Positions 54,001 through 64,000 of a stretch of DNA of 64,000 nt are shown here, piece by piece. Made by a program: the position numbers and the translations under genes. The stretch spans positions 248,001 to 312,000 of the forward strand of contig CP060756.1 of the NCBI GenBank assembly GCA_023205875.1. Direction: 5' to 3'. Origin of the DNA: Chloropicon primus (taxonomy: Eukaryota). Position 1 is the stretch's first letter, and each line of letters begins with the position of its first letter. The notes beneath the pieces are model-generated. The model was not told where the DNA came from. It searched no databases and saw only the letters and a program-made list of their open reading frames with translations.

Positions 54001-55160
54001 AAGACGAATACATTGAGAAAGTGCAGGAGAAGTCCATCGCGATCTTGATGACCCTGTGCACCGAAAAGGTGAACGGAGTCAGGCTGGTGACATTCATTCA
54101 GAGATTCTTGCCTCCGGGGCTGGTGGATCAGCTTCGCGAGGGGCCAAAGGAATCAACGAGGAAAGCGTTCCACATAAAGTCAGAGACGCCTGAGCACGTC
54201 TGGAACCCAGATATGGCCAAGAAGCTCTCGCAGGAAGTGAACAGGCTGAAGGCGCTGGCTGCCAAAGCTCAGATGAACGGCACCTTGAACATTCCGTTGA
54301 AGGATGAGTACAAGTTCCACTTCCAAGAACTCGACAACGAGATCTTCGTGGGCGGTGTGTATGTCCGCCTCTTCATGAAGCAGCCGGAGTTCCCCCTGCG
54401 CAACCCCAAAAGATTCTTGGAGGGATTGCTCAAGGAATTCTTTAACAAGTCCTTGCAGGAAACCCAAAAGGCAGAGGGCGGAGATGTGACGATGCCTGTC
54501 TTGCTGTCTGCAGCGACCGTTTCGCTCCTGAGAATCCACAAGCTCTTGTCCGAGCATGCTGCCAGCCTGGGGTACGTCTCGAGCTTGGTGAAGTTCGTCG
54601 ACAAAGTCTGCGGCAATGAAGCAGCGAGTGAGATTTGCGGCAGTGCCCTTCGCTTGGGCCACCAACTGTCTGTCAACGTCACCGTTGCGGAGAACTTGGC
54701 ATCTGTCAAACCTGGAGCCATTTCTGTTTTCATGAGATGCTTTGAGATCGGCCTGGGCGCAAAGATTTTGGCCATGGAGATTATCAAGAGGAGCCTGAAC
54801 CCAAAGAGCAGGGGAAGGGATGGGCTCATCAAGGAAGCCCTGGATTGTAAACTTGTGCAGACGTTGCTGGGCATACTGGACTGGAAAGCAGAAGATGCTT
54901 CGAAGGGGGTCTCGGCCAACAATGCAGACGAGGGTACTTTGAGGGTTCTCGTTGTGGACATCATCCATCTCCTGCGCAGGGAGGGGTCCCCGTACACCGA
55001 GGTGGTTCGCGACATGGTGGATGAAAACGAAGTCTGGAAAGCTTACTCGCAGCAGAAGCACGACCTGTTCCTTCCGAGCAATGCCACCGATTCTACGGGC
55101 GTGGCGGGCTTGTTGACCGGCTCGGCGGCGGTCTACGCCCTTCCGCCGGCCTCAAAGTGA
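48087..55160 (+). CDS. RME8: RME-8/DNAJC13 (GRV2) endosomal DnaJ protein
   Basis: N-terminal [17 protein letters not shown]-type repeats ([23 protein letters not shown]), a GYF_2-like segment (TLCWAPGM...IRELRW), a central J domain with YHPDKNP, and C-terminal [14 protein letters not shown]. Confidence 0.95.
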   Translation: MGRDWEKGSDGPTSEECVSRYFCTKFSKWRGKYRRIFCVTKNGNIVTVDTADLKVTNCWKFYGKSPDVGGVSISGDKSEKDVLALGITKDFKSNRPKTIKFSCSPRSQLLTDIHVCEYNLALEQGQGAEVPLSSISYSAQASLYESGVWNPVTLIVTKYGIRIESLTETQEQNYTHMSSNVALVSLQDGNDGSVGVFGVLADEGTPVRILSTQERDRVFEKISAYAKELGMHLSMQKQSMDAGSFYNKYMAMEEQKIVSPTMAPIGRWHVTHIQQQVGSVGALINNVELGQYLLELTPTHLIERNLDYTIHRRWSIGQLTWMCRYSEESQRLALGFTHGMAGVEYTSPSRDAMLSAIFDTIECGTSKRVSIFNKKVSSGTTFHFPDNNSKALEIDTEKTLMSWLTLWAKNKSSSFKFHENQIQHRVQDVLASAKDKANQLMDSSYKDTRTQGSAEPMFQDYIYSLMASTPEGFGSSSKLDEAVLVTLFEQLPQSWTLPLDPSAEYGFMRLLKIVGWISCSEYVLRYIAGEEHCFKRIFSALGSGSAGLSMEAASTLSLIFSPQSTAKITGETNLLQVAKSRAFKDLKHLDILIKPLRGSKSVSPLSLMYTVKVFGQMVCFPGKLTTSKTLSKTIIEHLGGIGRPFFQLFGHPAESVHHYAAYMMESVAESGSSIMEPIRNAALQEGAYLSHLKTAIFSSGEPSETSKRLIQIWTEGYGPAMELIKRVFPRGFYFILLGRLSRKGKSAAAANAKTAAAKEQAEPKSAEEDSEKPAAKDAKEKPAGPWDMFWRAVASDHSSAALIWNERCRTELQDALEREENSLILANNKVKDTGGCISWNHTEFFVIYPSLEKELSIAGIYIRLLLDSYEKSGVLERLPNSKDVFLSLYGQFLGLSDLDIGYSSERETRELCLKAMICIYKQYGGEIGPFDGVAHCTLLLDKTKSNTYRHFLLQLLEALLVKENITSLQPQQRKIWEFAVRSNAKVFILNKGVELCLEMATSVHNYVSDFGMPTKSKLLAYDSHTNEVKDWHCDIEETIENYKVEKMENGLYGGYSRDNILKLYKERKIDHKTLCWAPGMIEPLPLYQIRELRWKLCEGKSVLNAAESATIALRVIRALSSLHAAYDADGNALHPLPLVHRQLSESSNFPHVVQLLLAKSPDLVADAATLLKTILEHNDERIKCLFLSGAFFFILSYPGSNFVQLAELLGVSHQRQAFHNADDAGTKTRIAEKSFLGSILPESLLHILDHYGAEVFAKAFVSENDTPELVWTHEMRTKYLLPQIHQHVGDFNMKLKQHSHALYDYNPMPPVEYPELEGDVWCYRYYLANLCNEDKFPNWDIKEHVEFLQALLSKWRNELLLTPVSISYEDACKILELEKFGWEEGSVVDEAILKKAYRKLAILYHPDKNPEGRDHFQKIHKAYDFLRSPDSSNSGPRRWVILLILKAQCIIFRRYPKILAPFKYAGYPLVLEAITIDDSDHRFLADERAPTLEIATKLCWLTCVCCTLNGEELFRSDGLEILANLLARISPMLPKEASTDFTGSRIMTYCIRTLAGLGAFKNARAAFHTKPILVFDVMKAIKYENCPSIAEASIHCISQMAGSEELQDLMLRLGVLWYLIPMLFEYDVSMEDNFIEVEINSEGKLSFLDQFIASDVECTNMQYAKNKLAILAAHAISRLGGLLGGHLETPRNKQVVALLSALFTPQIAAGFTETNPSELLKDLNTNVENPCKIWNDKMRKELLTHTKEQLEIPAGIEDLPYAIGDLSLAEKFKFKALENELVIGRIYVRLYNINPTFPLKDHSYFMQCLAVYIGNNSKYMYSTDLSNPLEKRSCEHLLSALKAALNVVNTIPKLAVVYADPRCMDMILTCIEPKEVDLASSPYYEPARHVALTLLVHLTTNKPCVDALSNDKTLVKLYLMLNQPPSKNCLVLVLDVLQGLAKTPVASWSAATQAGGIYLLSLVLPQGDDFVEDEYIEKVQEKSIAILMTLCTEKVNGVRLVTFIQRFLPPGLVDQLREGPKESTRKAFHIKSETPEHVWNPDMAKKLSQEVNRLKALAAKAQMNGTLNIPLKDEYKFHFQELDNEIFVGGVYVRLFMKQPEFPLRNPKRFLEGLLKEFFNKSLQETQKAEGGDVTMPVLLSAATVSLLRIHKLLSEHAASLGYVSSLVKFVDKVCGNEAASEICGSALRLGHQLSVNVTVAENLASVKPGAISVFMRCFEIGLGAKILAMEIIKRSLNPKSRGRDGLIKEALDCKLVQTLLGILDWKAEDASKGVSANNADEGTLRVLVVDIIHLLRREGSPYTEVVRDMVDENEVWKAYSQQKHDLFLPSNATDSTGVAGLLTGSAAVYALPPASK

Positions 55161-55270
55161 CACTTTTTCATCATAATACTAAGGATTCATAACTATATTC
55201 ATAAGGGTTCATATATATATATAATATTGTTTTTTTCTTTAGAGATATGTAGATAAATAGATAGCCTGGA

Positions 55271-56599
55271 TCACCTTGAGTCCTGAAGGAGTGAGGAATA
55301 CATTCCATCACCACTCTTTCTCACCCGAAGTCCCCAGTAGCCCAAGAAGAGGGAGATGGCGACGGCCCCTGATCCAGCGAGCAGAGTGACGTTGAAGTTG
55401 ATCCCAGTGTGCCCGCTGAGGAAGAAGGGAAGCGCGCAGCCAAGCGCCGTGAGCCCCCTCCACATGGAGACCATGATGACGTGCTGCTTCCCCTTGAAGT
55501 CCATCCCTAGAAGCAGCCCTATTTTCGTGTTGAGCAGAGCGTCTCCGGCACCCAGGAAGATGGCAGTGATGTACAACGGCGCCTTCTGCCTTTGAAACAG
55601 GAAGTTCGCCACCGAGACACAAATGCTTTGCGTTGTGATGGCAAACACGATCGAGCTTCTGGTCACCTTAGGCGTGGAAGGAAGCTGCGAGGCCAAGGAC
55701 CCCACGATCGAGTTGCTTGCCGCGTAGCACAGCATCAGTATGCCTATCATGGCCTCCTTGTTGTCGTACGCGGCGAGGACCATCTCAGAGGTGAAGTCGC
55801 ACCAAGCAAAGCTCTGCTCTATGCCGTTGTAAAAGTAAACTCCAATGAGCAGCAAGCTCTGCGGCGACAGTAGCAGGTCCATGGCGGACTTCGTGTCCAA
55901 ATTGTTTGCGGTGGCCTCCTCCTCGTCGCTCGAGTCCTCGTCCTGGCCAGACTCGGAGCTGTCCACGTCTTCCAGCGTAAGAAAGTTGACGAAGACTCCG
56001 ATGGACGAGCACGCGATGAAAACGAATATCAGAACCGTCGTCGAGTGCGGCGTGTGCGAGTCGTCGTCGACGCCTCCCTGGTCAGGCTTTTTATTCCGAG
56101 TGATGAGGTAAATGATCAGACTCCCAGTGAGCTGAGCGAACTGAAACGAGCCCCAGAACGCGCTTGAGAACTGGTCCAAGCACTTTTCCTTGTCCAAGCC
56201 CTTGGCCCTCGCGTGCTGGGCCGAGAAGTGCTTTATCAGACTCAGGGTGGTGGGCCACAAGATTGCCCCGCCAAGGCCCAGCACGATAGCTGCAGGTATC
56301 ATCACCTGCCAAATCGGGTACAAGTTCGTCACGATGAACAGCACGTACGAGCTCGCTCCCAGCACGAGCGCCCACTTTCTTCCGACCCAGCCAATCACGC
56401 TGGGCGCGAAGGGCTGAGAACCTATGATAGCGAGGTAGATGACGCCAACCGCCGTCGTTCCGTCGCCCTTGTTCAGGGTCGACTCGAGGTTTTGCATGGA
56501 GTTAAACGCCATGAACACCAAGAACGAGCTCACGCATATCGTCGCAATGCCCGACACGCCTTTGGTCATGGAGGAGTCATCGTCCCTTCTTTTGTCCAT
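55271..56599 (-). CDS. UNC93-like MFS transporter
   Basis: FLVFMAFNSMQNLESTLN, LGLGGAILW and YNGIEQSFAWCDFT; about 12 hydrophobic segments. Confidence 0.9.
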   Translation of the reverse strand: MDKRRDDDSSMTKGVSGIATICVSSFLVFMAFNSMQNLESTLNKGDGTTAVGVIYLAIIGSQPFAPSVIGWVGRKWALVLGASSYVLFIVTNLYPIWQVMIPAAIVLGLGGAILWPTTLSLIKHFSAQHARAKGLDKEKCLDQFSSAFWGSFQFAQLTGSLIIYLITRNKKPDQGGVDDDSHTPHSTTVLIFVFIACSSIGVFVNFLTLEDVDSSESGQDEDSSDEEEATANNLDTKSAMDLLLSPQSLLLIGVYFYNGIEQSFAWCDFTSEMVLAAYDNKEAMIGILMLCYAASNSIVGSLASQLPSTPKVTRSSIVFAITTQSICVSVANFLFQRQKAPLYITAIFLGAGDALLNTKIGLLLGMDFKGKQHVIMVSMWRGLTALGCALPFFLSGHTGINFNVTLLAGSGAVAISLFLGYWGLRVRKSGDGMYSSLLQDSR

Positions 56600-56635
56600 C
56601 TTGCTCTTGTTTTTCTTCACCCAAATCCCTCCCCA

Positions 56636-56690
56636 ACGCGTCGTTTTTTTCCAGGAGAGGCTCTTTCGAAAGACCGAGACAAGACGCTTC
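56636..56690 (-). promoter_or_regulatory. Dispersed leader element, copy upstream of UNC93-like
   Basis: Minus strand GAAGCGTCTTGTCTCGGTCTTTCGAAAGAGCCTCTCCTGGAAAAAAACGACGCGT. Confidence 0.7.
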
Positions 56691-56926
56691 TGCCCAACAC
56701 TTCCCCCCCTTCCTCTCTCCTCCTCCTCGTCGCTCCTCTCTCTCTCTCCTCCCTTCCTCCTCCTCGTCGCTCCTCTCTCTCTCTCTCTCTCTCTCTTTGG
56801 AAAAAGGCGATCGCGATCGATCGGTGAAGAGAGTGAGAGTGGAGGTTGAGTTCGAGGACGGTGTCGGCGACGAGGAGGTGGCGAGGACAAGGAGCACCGT
56901 CGATCGATCGATGGCGCACGTCGCGA

Positions 56927-56964
56927 TCTACTGAAAGAGCCTTTGCTCGAAGCGAACGCTGCCT
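56927..56964 (+). promoter_or_regulatory. Dispersed leader element, divergent copy upstream of PI4K
   Basis: TCTACTGAAAGAGCCTTTGCTCGAAGCGAACGCTGCCT matches the IleRS copy at 24/38 positions without gaps. Confidence 0.5.
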
Positions 56965-57033
56965 TGGTGAAGGAATTTCTTTTAGGCTTTGTTTGTTGTT
57001 CGTTTTTGGTTACGTTTCCGTTTCCTCGAGAGG

Positions 57034-60000
57034 ATGATGGAGGACGTGACAACGGGGGAAGGGGCTCCGCACTGCCACGGGGCGGTGAAGCACCTTCTCT
57101 TCTTCACCACGGAGGAGAAGAAGCTCAAGCACTTCAGGCGCGTCAAGGTTGCAGCGAATCTGTTGAGGTCCACGAACCATGACCTACGCTCGCCCGTGAC
57201 GCACAAGTCGCAGAGGGTGAACCTCGTGCGGATAATCGAGTTCTCCAAGGCTCTGCTGGGGTACAAGGAGGACCCGAGGGACAAGGCAATATCGGTGTGG
57301 GTGGTGGACACCCTGCTGGCGTACAGCTACCCGATAGGGACGTTCTCGGGGGACGAGGAGATCATCAAGGAGTTCGGAGAGCTCGCGCACGAGTTGGCGC
57401 ACGTCGTGCTGGACTTGCACGAGAGCCTTTTCAAGCTCTTTCAGTCCCTGTCGTATCCGGAGGAGCTCGCGAACTTTCTCCTTCACGTGGGGCTTCAGCT
57501 GATTCCGCAGGTCTGGAAATCCAAGCTCGACACGTCGAAGATACTGTTCCGGACGAGGCAGCAGCTGGGGAACTTGCTGAGGAAAGTCAAGGAGGACGAC
57601 AAGGACCTGAACCTGAAGCTCAAGTGCGCCCCGTCCTACGCGTTCCTCTCCCGGTTCTTCTCCGCGGTTCTGACCGTGGAGTACCTGCACGGCAGCGCCG
57701 ACTTTGCCGTCGACCTCCTCAAGGACGTCCTGCACTGCGCGGCGGAGAAGAGGATCCAAGTGGCCCCGATCGAGGCGTACCTCGAGCAAAGGGTGGAGTG
57801 CTTCAGCGGGAATATAATGAAGCAAATCGCGGAAGTCTCGGCGATTTTCTGGGCTTGCTTGAGGATGCCGACAGTCTCCAAGCTGGACGTGGCGCACAAA
57901 GGGGTCTTCGGCTGGGTTTTGGAGGGTCAGATTGTAGGGGACTTTGCTGACACTCGCTGCCTGCCCCCGTCCCTGGGGGCGGTAGGGCCGGAACTCCTCC
58001 CCGCGATAAGCTACCTGTCCCAAGAGGTCCTGAGGTGGCTCAACGGAGTCGATATCACCAGCTCGCTCAAGTACGGCATCCTGGATTGGCTGATCTGCGT
58101 GATGCTCGACATTCCCGTCTCGAGGAACGAGTCGCTTGAGCAGCAAATGCGCTCGGTGCTGGACACGATGATCAAACAGAGAATAAAGAGTGAGAACTCG
58201 CTGGAGCGCACCCTCAAGTGCAGCCTAGTTTGCTTCTGGTACAGGAAACAGGTGTACTTGCGGGCAAGCGAACTGGACAAGCAGTTTTGTGAGCTGCTGT
58301 GCTCCTTCCTGTCAACGCTCACGCCGGTGCTGGACGTCACGGAATCAGAGATCTACTGCATCAATTCAATGCTCGTGGGTTGGGAGTCGGAAATTCATGC
58401 CTTGAAGGAGAGCATTCCTTTTCTCGGGTCCTGCCACCCAAAGTACCGGCCATACATCAGTGCCATTTACACAATCGAGCGCGCAAACTGCACCTATTCG
58501 CCCCTGGACTTTTTCCAGACGGTGCTGCGGATATCTGCGTACGAGAACACGCTACGGGTACTCGGAATTTCTTTCATCTACGGCAAATTCAGGTCAGAGC
58601 TCGAGTCCGTGTTCATGTTTCAGATCCGGAAGCTTGCGTTCAACGACAGCGTCAGCTCGATCGAGGGGAAGTTGACCATCCTCGTGTGCAAGTCAATGGA
58701 CTACCTTAAGGATGAGGCCTGCTCCCCGGCCGTGGAGGATTGGATACTGGATTTTGTGCAAAAGTTTCTGATGGACTACGACCAACTTTGTTGGAACAGG
58801 GCGTGTTCCATCCACATGATGAAGCTGTCGACGAAGAAAAAGAAGCTGTACATGTGGTGGTTCAACAGGCTGGTGACAAAGCTGCACCCTGATGTGGTCA
58901 TCGCGCTCTTGTGCACGGCTTTCTACTCGGAGTCGGACTTTGCTTTTGGCAAGTCAAACATCGACAAGAGCAGGCTGGAGGAGGAGATGCATTTGTTCAG
59001 AGAGAGCTTAATGAAGAAGGTTTTCGAGAGCATCTCTATCAAGGACAAGGATGACAAAAAGATTGCCCAGCTCGTCATGCAGGCTCTTAGTTTTGACAGA
59101 GTCCATCTGATCAACCAGATGAAAGTCGTGTTCAGCCTCGATTGGCCAAAGGACATCAAGCAATTCGACACAGAGGTCCAGAAGATACTTCAGTACGAGG
59201 GCCTGAGTATGAAGGGGCTCGATCTAGCTCTTGCTTCACTTCGTTTGGCAAGGCCCGTCATCAGCGAGCTTTCAAACAGGGTCCTGAAAAATCAGAATCA
59301 GGAAGACTACGTACACTCCGAGGAGGAAGAAAATATCACGAAAGAGTCCACTGCTTCAGTCTTCAAAGATCACAAGCCTTGGAACGTCCACGTGTCCAGG
59401 GCTTGCTCCAAGAAGAAAGAGAGGACCCTCTTTGCAAACATAAGGAGGAATTGGATGACCGTGCTCATGAACAACAGCACGACAAACAACTTGGACATCC
59501 ACTACTTCTATGGAGTCTGCGCGCGCATGATCAGAATTTTCACCTCTGATATCCAAGCCTGGAAGGGGAGGATCTCTAACCTCCATAACATCGAGGACAT
59601 CCTGTCGAGTTGCATTGACTTTTGTCTGGAAAGGCACGAGAAGTCTGCGAATTCCGCAGAAGACATCAGGAGGAGAATAGCGACGCTGACGCTGACGTGG
59701 CTCTACGAGGACAGCGACGTGACCCCGCGCCTCTGCCTGAACGATCTGGATGGAACGGAACGTGATGGGAAGATCCCTTGGGATAAGCCTTACTTTGAGA
59801 AAGCGGCATCCGTCTCAGAGAACGTGCAATTCTTGCTGGCGATGAAGCTCCTCGAAATGGATTACAGGCACTCCCAAGTTTGGATGAAGCCGACTGATCA
59901 AAAGAACCACCAATTTGCGCTCGTGGACACCTCTGCCCACACCATGACAACAAAGTTGTGGGAGCTTTACCCCGAGTTTGCGAATTTGAGCTTGAGGTAC

Positions 60001-61593
60001 TACCCAATGTCTGACGCAAACGAGGAGGACCTCGCAAGGCTCATCATTGCAAATTGCAACGAACCCGTTGTTCAGAGGAAGCCAGAGTTTTGTGAGCTCA
60101 TGCTGAAGTACAAGGATCTGTTCCCTACGAACGCGCCTTTTCACGCGCTGGACCATTGGGCTCCCACAGTTCCAAACCATTTCGTGGAGTACTTTCACAT
60201 CAACCACCCTTGTGTGGAGCGGTACATCCTCACGTGCATGGATAATGCACCGATAGGGAGCACAAAATTCGTGATACCACAGATCATACAATGCTTGAGG
60301 TACCAGGAGTGCAGCGAGACCGTCGAGAAGGTGCTGATGAAAGCCGCCAGGAGAGACGCCATTATTGCAGCTTACATCTATTGGCAACTGAACGGAGAGA
60401 AAACGCCACCTGACGAGGTGTTCAATCCTGTGATCAAGAGGTCAGGCTGGAAGCCTCCCGAGGATGCGGGCCTGTGGAAGATCTCCGACGCAGTTCTATC
60501 GAGGTTCAAGTCTTGCATCCCTCAAAAGATAGTCAAAAGCGTGAACTACCAAGTGCAGTATTTTGACAAAATCTACGGCGTCGCAAACTACCTGGGCTCG
60601 GTACCCAAGGAGGATAGGGTTTCGGAGCTTCGGAAGAAGCTGAAGGAGATCGAAAATCCAGAAAACCCCGTCTACATTCCCTTTTACCCTGACAAGTTCG
60701 TGGAGTCAATAGATTACAGCAGCTGCATAACTTTGCCTAGCGCGGCGAAGATACCCATTCTGGTGTTCTTCAACACCAAAACAACGGACGGGGTGAGAGA
60801 GAGGGTCGGGTGCATCTTCAAGGTGGGCGATGACTGTCGCCAAGACGTTCTTGCCTTGCAGATCGTATCGATGTTGGAACACACGTTCAAGGATACAGGT
60901 CTTGACCTCTTCCTTTATACGTACGGTGTGATAACAACTGATTACGAGTGCGGGCTGATCGAGGTGGTCCCCAACACGAAGAGCCGGAGTGGTCTCGGAG
61001 AGCTCAGCGATTGCGGGCTCGTGCAAATTTTCAAGCAAAGCTTTGGAGAGCCCGGTAGCAAGGCTTTCGAGACGGCGCGCCAGAACTTCATAAGATCATG
61101 CGCTGGCTACGCCGTGTCGTCGTACATCCTTTGGGCGAAGGACAGGCACAATGGCAACATGCTCATCGACAAGGACGGGCACTTGATTCACATCGATTTT
61201 GGGTTCATCTTTGGAATATCCCCTGGCGGCAACCTGGGTTTCGAGAACGCCGGGTTCAAACTCAGTCACGAGATGTGCCAGCTTATCGATCCTTTGGGCA
61301 ACAGGAAGAGCGAGGAATACAAGTATTTCAAGAAGATTTGCATTAGGGGTTTTCTGGCGGCGAGGAGGAGGTCCCAAGACATCATGGACTGCGTGTCCCT
61401 CATGTCAAAGAGCGGGCTGCCCTGCTTTGGTTACGGCAAGCCCCTGGAGGCGTTGAGAAAGCGTCTGGTGATCGACATGAGCACAAACGAGGCGGCTGCT
61501 TACTTTGAGGGTGTTGTGGATGATGCCTACATGAAGTGGACGACAGGGTTTTACGATGTCATCCAGTTCCTCCAGCAGGGCATCCCAAAATAA
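57034..61593 (+). CDS. PI4KA: Phosphatidylinositol 4-kinase alpha (Stt4-type)
   Basis: Helical (PIK) domain FVIPQIIQCLRY; kinase motifs LPSAAKIP, FKVGDDCRQDVLALQ, KDRHNGN and HIDFGF; C-terminal QQGIPK. Confidence 0.95.
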   Translation: MMEDVTTGEGAPHCHGAVKHLLFFTTEEKKLKHFRRVKVAANLLRSTNHDLRSPVTHKSQRVNLVRIIEFSKALLGYKEDPRDKAISVWVVDTLLAYSYPIGTFSGDEEIIKEFGELAHELAHVVLDLHESLFKLFQSLSYPEELANFLLHVGLQLIPQVWKSKLDTSKILFRTRQQLGNLLRKVKEDDKDLNLKLKCAPSYAFLSRFFSAVLTVEYLHGSADFAVDLLKDVLHCAAEKRIQVAPIEAYLEQRVECFSGNIMKQIAEVSAIFWACLRMPTVSKLDVAHKGVFGWVLEGQIVGDFADTRCLPPSLGAVGPELLPAISYLSQEVLRWLNGVDITSSLKYGILDWLICVMLDIPVSRNESLEQQMRSVLDTMIKQRIKSENSLERTLKCSLVCFWYRKQVYLRASELDKQFCELLCSFLSTLTPVLDVTESEIYCINSMLVGWESEIHALKESIPFLGSCHPKYRPYISAIYTIERANCTYSPLDFFQTVLRISAYENTLRVLGISFIYGKFRSELESVFMFQIRKLAFNDSVSSIEGKLTILVCKSMDYLKDEACSPAVEDWILDFVQKFLMDYDQLCWNRACSIHMMKLSTKKKKLYMWWFNRLVTKLHPDVVIALLCTAFYSESDFAFGKSNIDKSRLEEEMHLFRESLMKKVFESISIKDKDDKKIAQLVMQALSFDRVHLINQMKVVFSLDWPKDIKQFDTEVQKILQYEGLSMKGLDLALASLRLARPVISELSNRVLKNQNQEDYVHSEEEENITKESTASVFKDHKPWNVHVSRACSKKKERTLFANIRRNWMTVLMNNSTTNNLDIHYFYGVCARMIRIFTSDIQAWKGRISNLHNIEDILSSCIDFCLERHEKSANSAEDIRRRIATLTLTWLYEDSDVTPRLCLNDLDGTERDGKIPWDKPYFEKAASVSENVQFLLAMKLLEMDYRHSQVWMKPTDQKNHQFALVDTSAHTMTTKLWELYPEFANLSLRYYPMSDANEEDLARLIIANCNEPVVQRKPEFCELMLKYKDLFPTNAPFHALDHWAPTVPNHFVEYFHINHPCVERYILTCMDNAPIGSTKFVIPQIIQCLRYQECSETVEKVLMKAARRDAIIAAYIYWQLNGEKTPPDEVFNPVIKRSGWKPPEDAGLWKISDAVLSRFKSCIPQKIVKSVNYQVQYFDKIYGVANYLGSVPKEDRVSELRKKLKEIENPENPVYIPFYPDKFVESIDYSSCITLPSAAKIPILVFFNTKTTDGVRERVGCIFKVGDDCRQDVLALQIVSMLEHTFKDTGLDLFLYTYGVITTDYECGLIEVVPNTKSRSGLGELSDCGLVQIFKQSFGEPGSKAFETARQNFIRSCAGYAVSSYILWAKDRHNGNMLIDKDGHLIHIDFGFIFGISPGGNLGFENAGFKLSHEMCQLIDPLGNRKSEEYKYFKKICIRGFLAARRRSQDIMDCVSLMSKSGLPCFGYGKPLEALRKRLVIDMSTNEAAAYFEGVVDDAYMKWTTGFYDVIQFLQQGIPK

Positions 61594-61708
61594 GTTTAGG
61601 TGTGTAGAAAACTTTTGTATCATTAAAACCAAAGTGCGAAGAGAAACCTTCTTTTGCCTACGAATGTCGTTTTTACACAAAGAGTGGACCCGCAAAGGCT
61701 TTCCATAG

Positions 61709-63394
61709 TTACCCGAAGGGATTCCCGAACTTCTGCATCAGAGCAGGAACCTCCGACTCCAAGATATCATCCATAGCCTTCAGCTTGTCCGCGCTCAGCT
61801 TGGAGAAGGAATCGATCTTGCAGCTGCGCAGGTGCTCCCTGAAAGGCTCCAGGGCAGGGAAGTCGCCCACGGCGAGGTTGTTCTTCTGCTGGACCTTCAA
61901 AAAAGTCTCCTCGAGCCTGCTCACGAGCTTCTGCTGCTTCGACTCTTTGCCAAACATCGTCGGCATGGAATCCCTCAGCGCGGACAGAATCAGGCAGTGG
62001 ATCTTCAAGGACCTCACCCTCTTGACAAACTCGCTGATCTTCCTCGCCGCGTTGGACTGTGGAATCTCGTACAGGTCCTCGATCAGATTCTTCCGCTCCC
62101 TGTCCATCAGGTCCCCGAACTCGGTGTACACGTACTCCGAGTCCTGAAAATTCCCTGTGTACACCCTCGGAACCTCGGGGGACCTGAATATCCTGCTGAG
62201 CGACCACATTAGGGCTCCGTACACTTTCATGAGGTGCTGGGAGTCGACCTGATCCGCCTTGTTCAGCACGATTCTCACCTTGTCGTCGAACCCATGGAGG
62301 GCTTGAATCACCCTCTTGAACTCGTCGCTGATGTCCAGCTTGTAAGGATCGAACAGGAGCAAGATCAGGTCGGTCCTCTCCGCGAACCAGCGCACCACCT
62401 CGGGGAACTCGTAGCCCCTCTCCAGCCTCTGCTTCTCCCCGGAGAGGACTCCAGGGGTGTCCACAATGTCGATGGAATTCAAGAGCTCGGCCGGCATCTC
62501 CGCTCCCGCGAACTTGTTCAAGAACTTTTGCCCAAACTTTGTCAAACCGGCGTAGGGCTTGTCCGCCGAGACCGCCAAGGCGTTGCCGGGCATCGTCTTT
62601 GCGGTCACGGAGTGGGAGACGACCACAAACCTATCGGTGGTCGGCTCCGGCCCGATCACCGCGGACGGGTACTGCTCGCCCAGGAGGTACTTGATGAAGC
62701 TGGTCTTCCCCACACTGTACTGCCCGAGCATCATCACCGACGGCTTTGCCGAGAAATCCTGCGGCCTCATGACCGGGGAGTGGAAGAGGGGAAACTGGAA
62801 CTTCTCCTCCAGAGGCTTCAAGTTCTTCATGTAGAGCTTGCAGAGGCCGTCCTGGAGGCTGTTGACGTTCTTCACCGACATTTTGGGGTTCACCTTGGTC
62901 CCCAGCCCGAGCTTGCTCTTCATGGGCGAGGCGCTGGGCTTCACGGCCGGCTCGAAGGACCCCGACACATTGATGCCGACCAGCTGCGGCAGGCTCAGGT
63001 CCTGCTCCTTGTTGATCTCCCTGGCGACCTGGGAGTTGATGGTCCTCCCCGCCTGTGCGATCGAGATCAGCTTCATCGCGACGACGAACTCCTCGAGCTC
63101 CAGGGTCCCCCTCCTCTTGCTGTCGGCGAGGGCCCACACCTTGGCGAGCGTGGGCTGGGGCAGCCTCGACCTCGAGAAGAACGTCACGGCCTCATTCCCG
63201 TTCACCACCCCGTCCTTGTCCTTGTCCGCCTCCTTGAACCACTTGTAAAACTCGCCGGGCGAGTCCCCGAGTCCCAGCGGCCTGCTGTAGTTCGGCTTCT
63301 TCGCGGACCCGTCCCCCTTCTTCGAGGGCGTCTTCGCCTTGCCCTCCTTCCCCTGGGGGCTCGGGCTCGGGCTCTTCTTCGACGATGAGAACAT
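61709..63394 (-). CDS. EHD1: EH-domain dynamin-like ATPase (EHD/RME-1, plant layout with N-terminal EH)
   Basis: EH/EF-hand region (ADKDKDGVV, LAKVWALAD), P-loop GQYSVGKT, GPEPTTD, DTPGVLSGEKQ and LNKAD. Confidence 0.95.
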   Translation of the reverse strand: MFSSSKKSPSPSPQGKEGKAKTPSKKGDGSAKKPNYSRPLGLGDSPGEFYKWFKEADKDKDGVVNGNEAVTFFSRSRLPQPTLAKVWALADSKRRGTLELEEFVVAMKLISIAQAGRTINSQVAREINKEQDLSLPQLVGINVSGSFEPAVKPSASPMKSKLGLGTKVNPKMSVKNVNSLQDGLCKLYMKNLKPLEEKFQFPLFHSPVMRPQDFSAKPSVMMLGQYSVGKTSFIKYLLGEQYPSAVIGPEPTTDRFVVVSHSVTAKTMPGNALAVSADKPYAGLTKFGQKFLNKFAGAEMPAELLNSIDIVDTPGVLSGEKQRLERGYEFPEVVRWFAERTDLILLLFDPYKLDISDEFKRVIQALHGFDDKVRIVLNKADQVDSQHLMKVYGALMWSLSRIFRSPEVPRVYTGNFQDSEYVYTEFGDLMDRERKNLIEDLYEIPQSNAARKISEFVKRVRSLKIHCLILSALRDSMPTMFGKESKQQKLVSRLEETFLKVQQKNNLAVGDFPALEPFREHLRSCKIDSFSKLSADKLKAMDDILESEVPALMQKFGNPFG

Positions 63395-63509
63395 CTCCTC
63401 GAGCTCGAGGGGTTCGCACACCAGCAACAACACACACACACACAAGAACTCCCTCTCCTTCTCCACTTGGTAACGGCTTCTGTCTCGAGAGTCTCTTGTC
63501 CACGACTCC

Positions 63510-63547
63510 GGACGCCAAACGCGTCAACCGAGGGCTCTTTGGAAAGA
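63510..63547 (-). promoter_or_regulatory. Dispersed leader element, copy upstream of EHD
   Basis: Minus strand TCTTTCCAAAGAGCCCTCGGTTGACGCGTTTGGCGTCC. A telo-box AAACCCTAA lies further upstream at 63690-63698. Confidence 0.7.
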
Positions 63548-63887
63548 CCAAGAGACGGTGACTCGCGCCAATCCCTCCTCTCCCGCTTCCTCCGTCCCTC
63601 ACGTCGCCCAAAAACAGACCAAAGCACACAAGAGAGCACGCGCGGCCGTTACCGCCCCACACAATTGATTCCCCTCGTCGAAACCCTCGAAACCCTAAAC
63701 CTTTTTGCATTCTACACGAGACGTTAATTCTACGGAGTAACTTTCCATAAGAATAAGTAACGTCTCCTGAAGAATGATACCCCCAATTTTTACTTAAGGA
63801 AATACGATGTGTGTTGGCGTTTGATTAAGGAAAAGCGCTAGCACTGGCCGCGGCCCTTCCGAGAGACAAGCGAACAACGGCTAACTT

Positions 63888-64000
63888 TTTACCCAGCACA
63901 GGAGCCAGGAGCTTTACCAGAGGAGCCAGGAGCTTTACCAGAGGAGCTTTACCCAGCACAGGAGCCAGGAGCTTTACCCAGCACAGCCAGGAGCTTTACC
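63888..64000. repeat. Degenerate minisatellite running off the window end
   Basis: Variable-length units based on TTTACCCAGCACAGGAGCCAGGAGC (25, 21, 14, 25 and 22 bp). Confidence 0.9.

Noticed and set aside
63888..64000. Terminal repeat as telomeric sequence
   Set aside because: The unit is not TTTAGGG or TTAGGG-like; it is an ordinary degenerate minisatellite cut by the window edge.

Overview
This is eukaryotic nuclear DNA from a compact, GC-rich, intron-poor green alga. Supporting signs are a nucleus-encoded PetN with a transit peptide, CGL160, a plant-type RR-TZF, a plant-type EHD and short GT-AG introns. A Chloropicon-like picoprasinophyte is my guess, not something the sequence proves. 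About 27 densely packed protein genes are supported: purU, a coiled-coil/TH1-like protein, kinesin-14, NudC, PetN, a GIY-YIG-like plastid protein, CGL160, glutathione reductase, TZF, mitochondrial ATP synthase beta, TMEM128, a PhnP-like MBL hydrolase, oligoribonuclease, IleRS, a cNMP-binding protein, a NUDX20-like hydrolase, an Sfi1-like protein, CNNM, a RING-CH E3, MgtE, a MYND protein, a giant coiled-coil protein, a bacterial-type flavoprotein, a small membrane protein, RME-8, UNC93-like, PI4K-alpha and EHD. The main non-genic signals are: (1) an ungapped ~38-53 bp element in six gene leaders, always oriented with the downstream gene and showing codon-like variation (LSKEPSxE); (2) an isolated, decayed 28S rRNA fragment containing the sarcin-ricin loop, with compensatory stem changes; (3) several promoter-filling tandem duplications. 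Gene calls come from recognising motifs by eye; no database searches were run.
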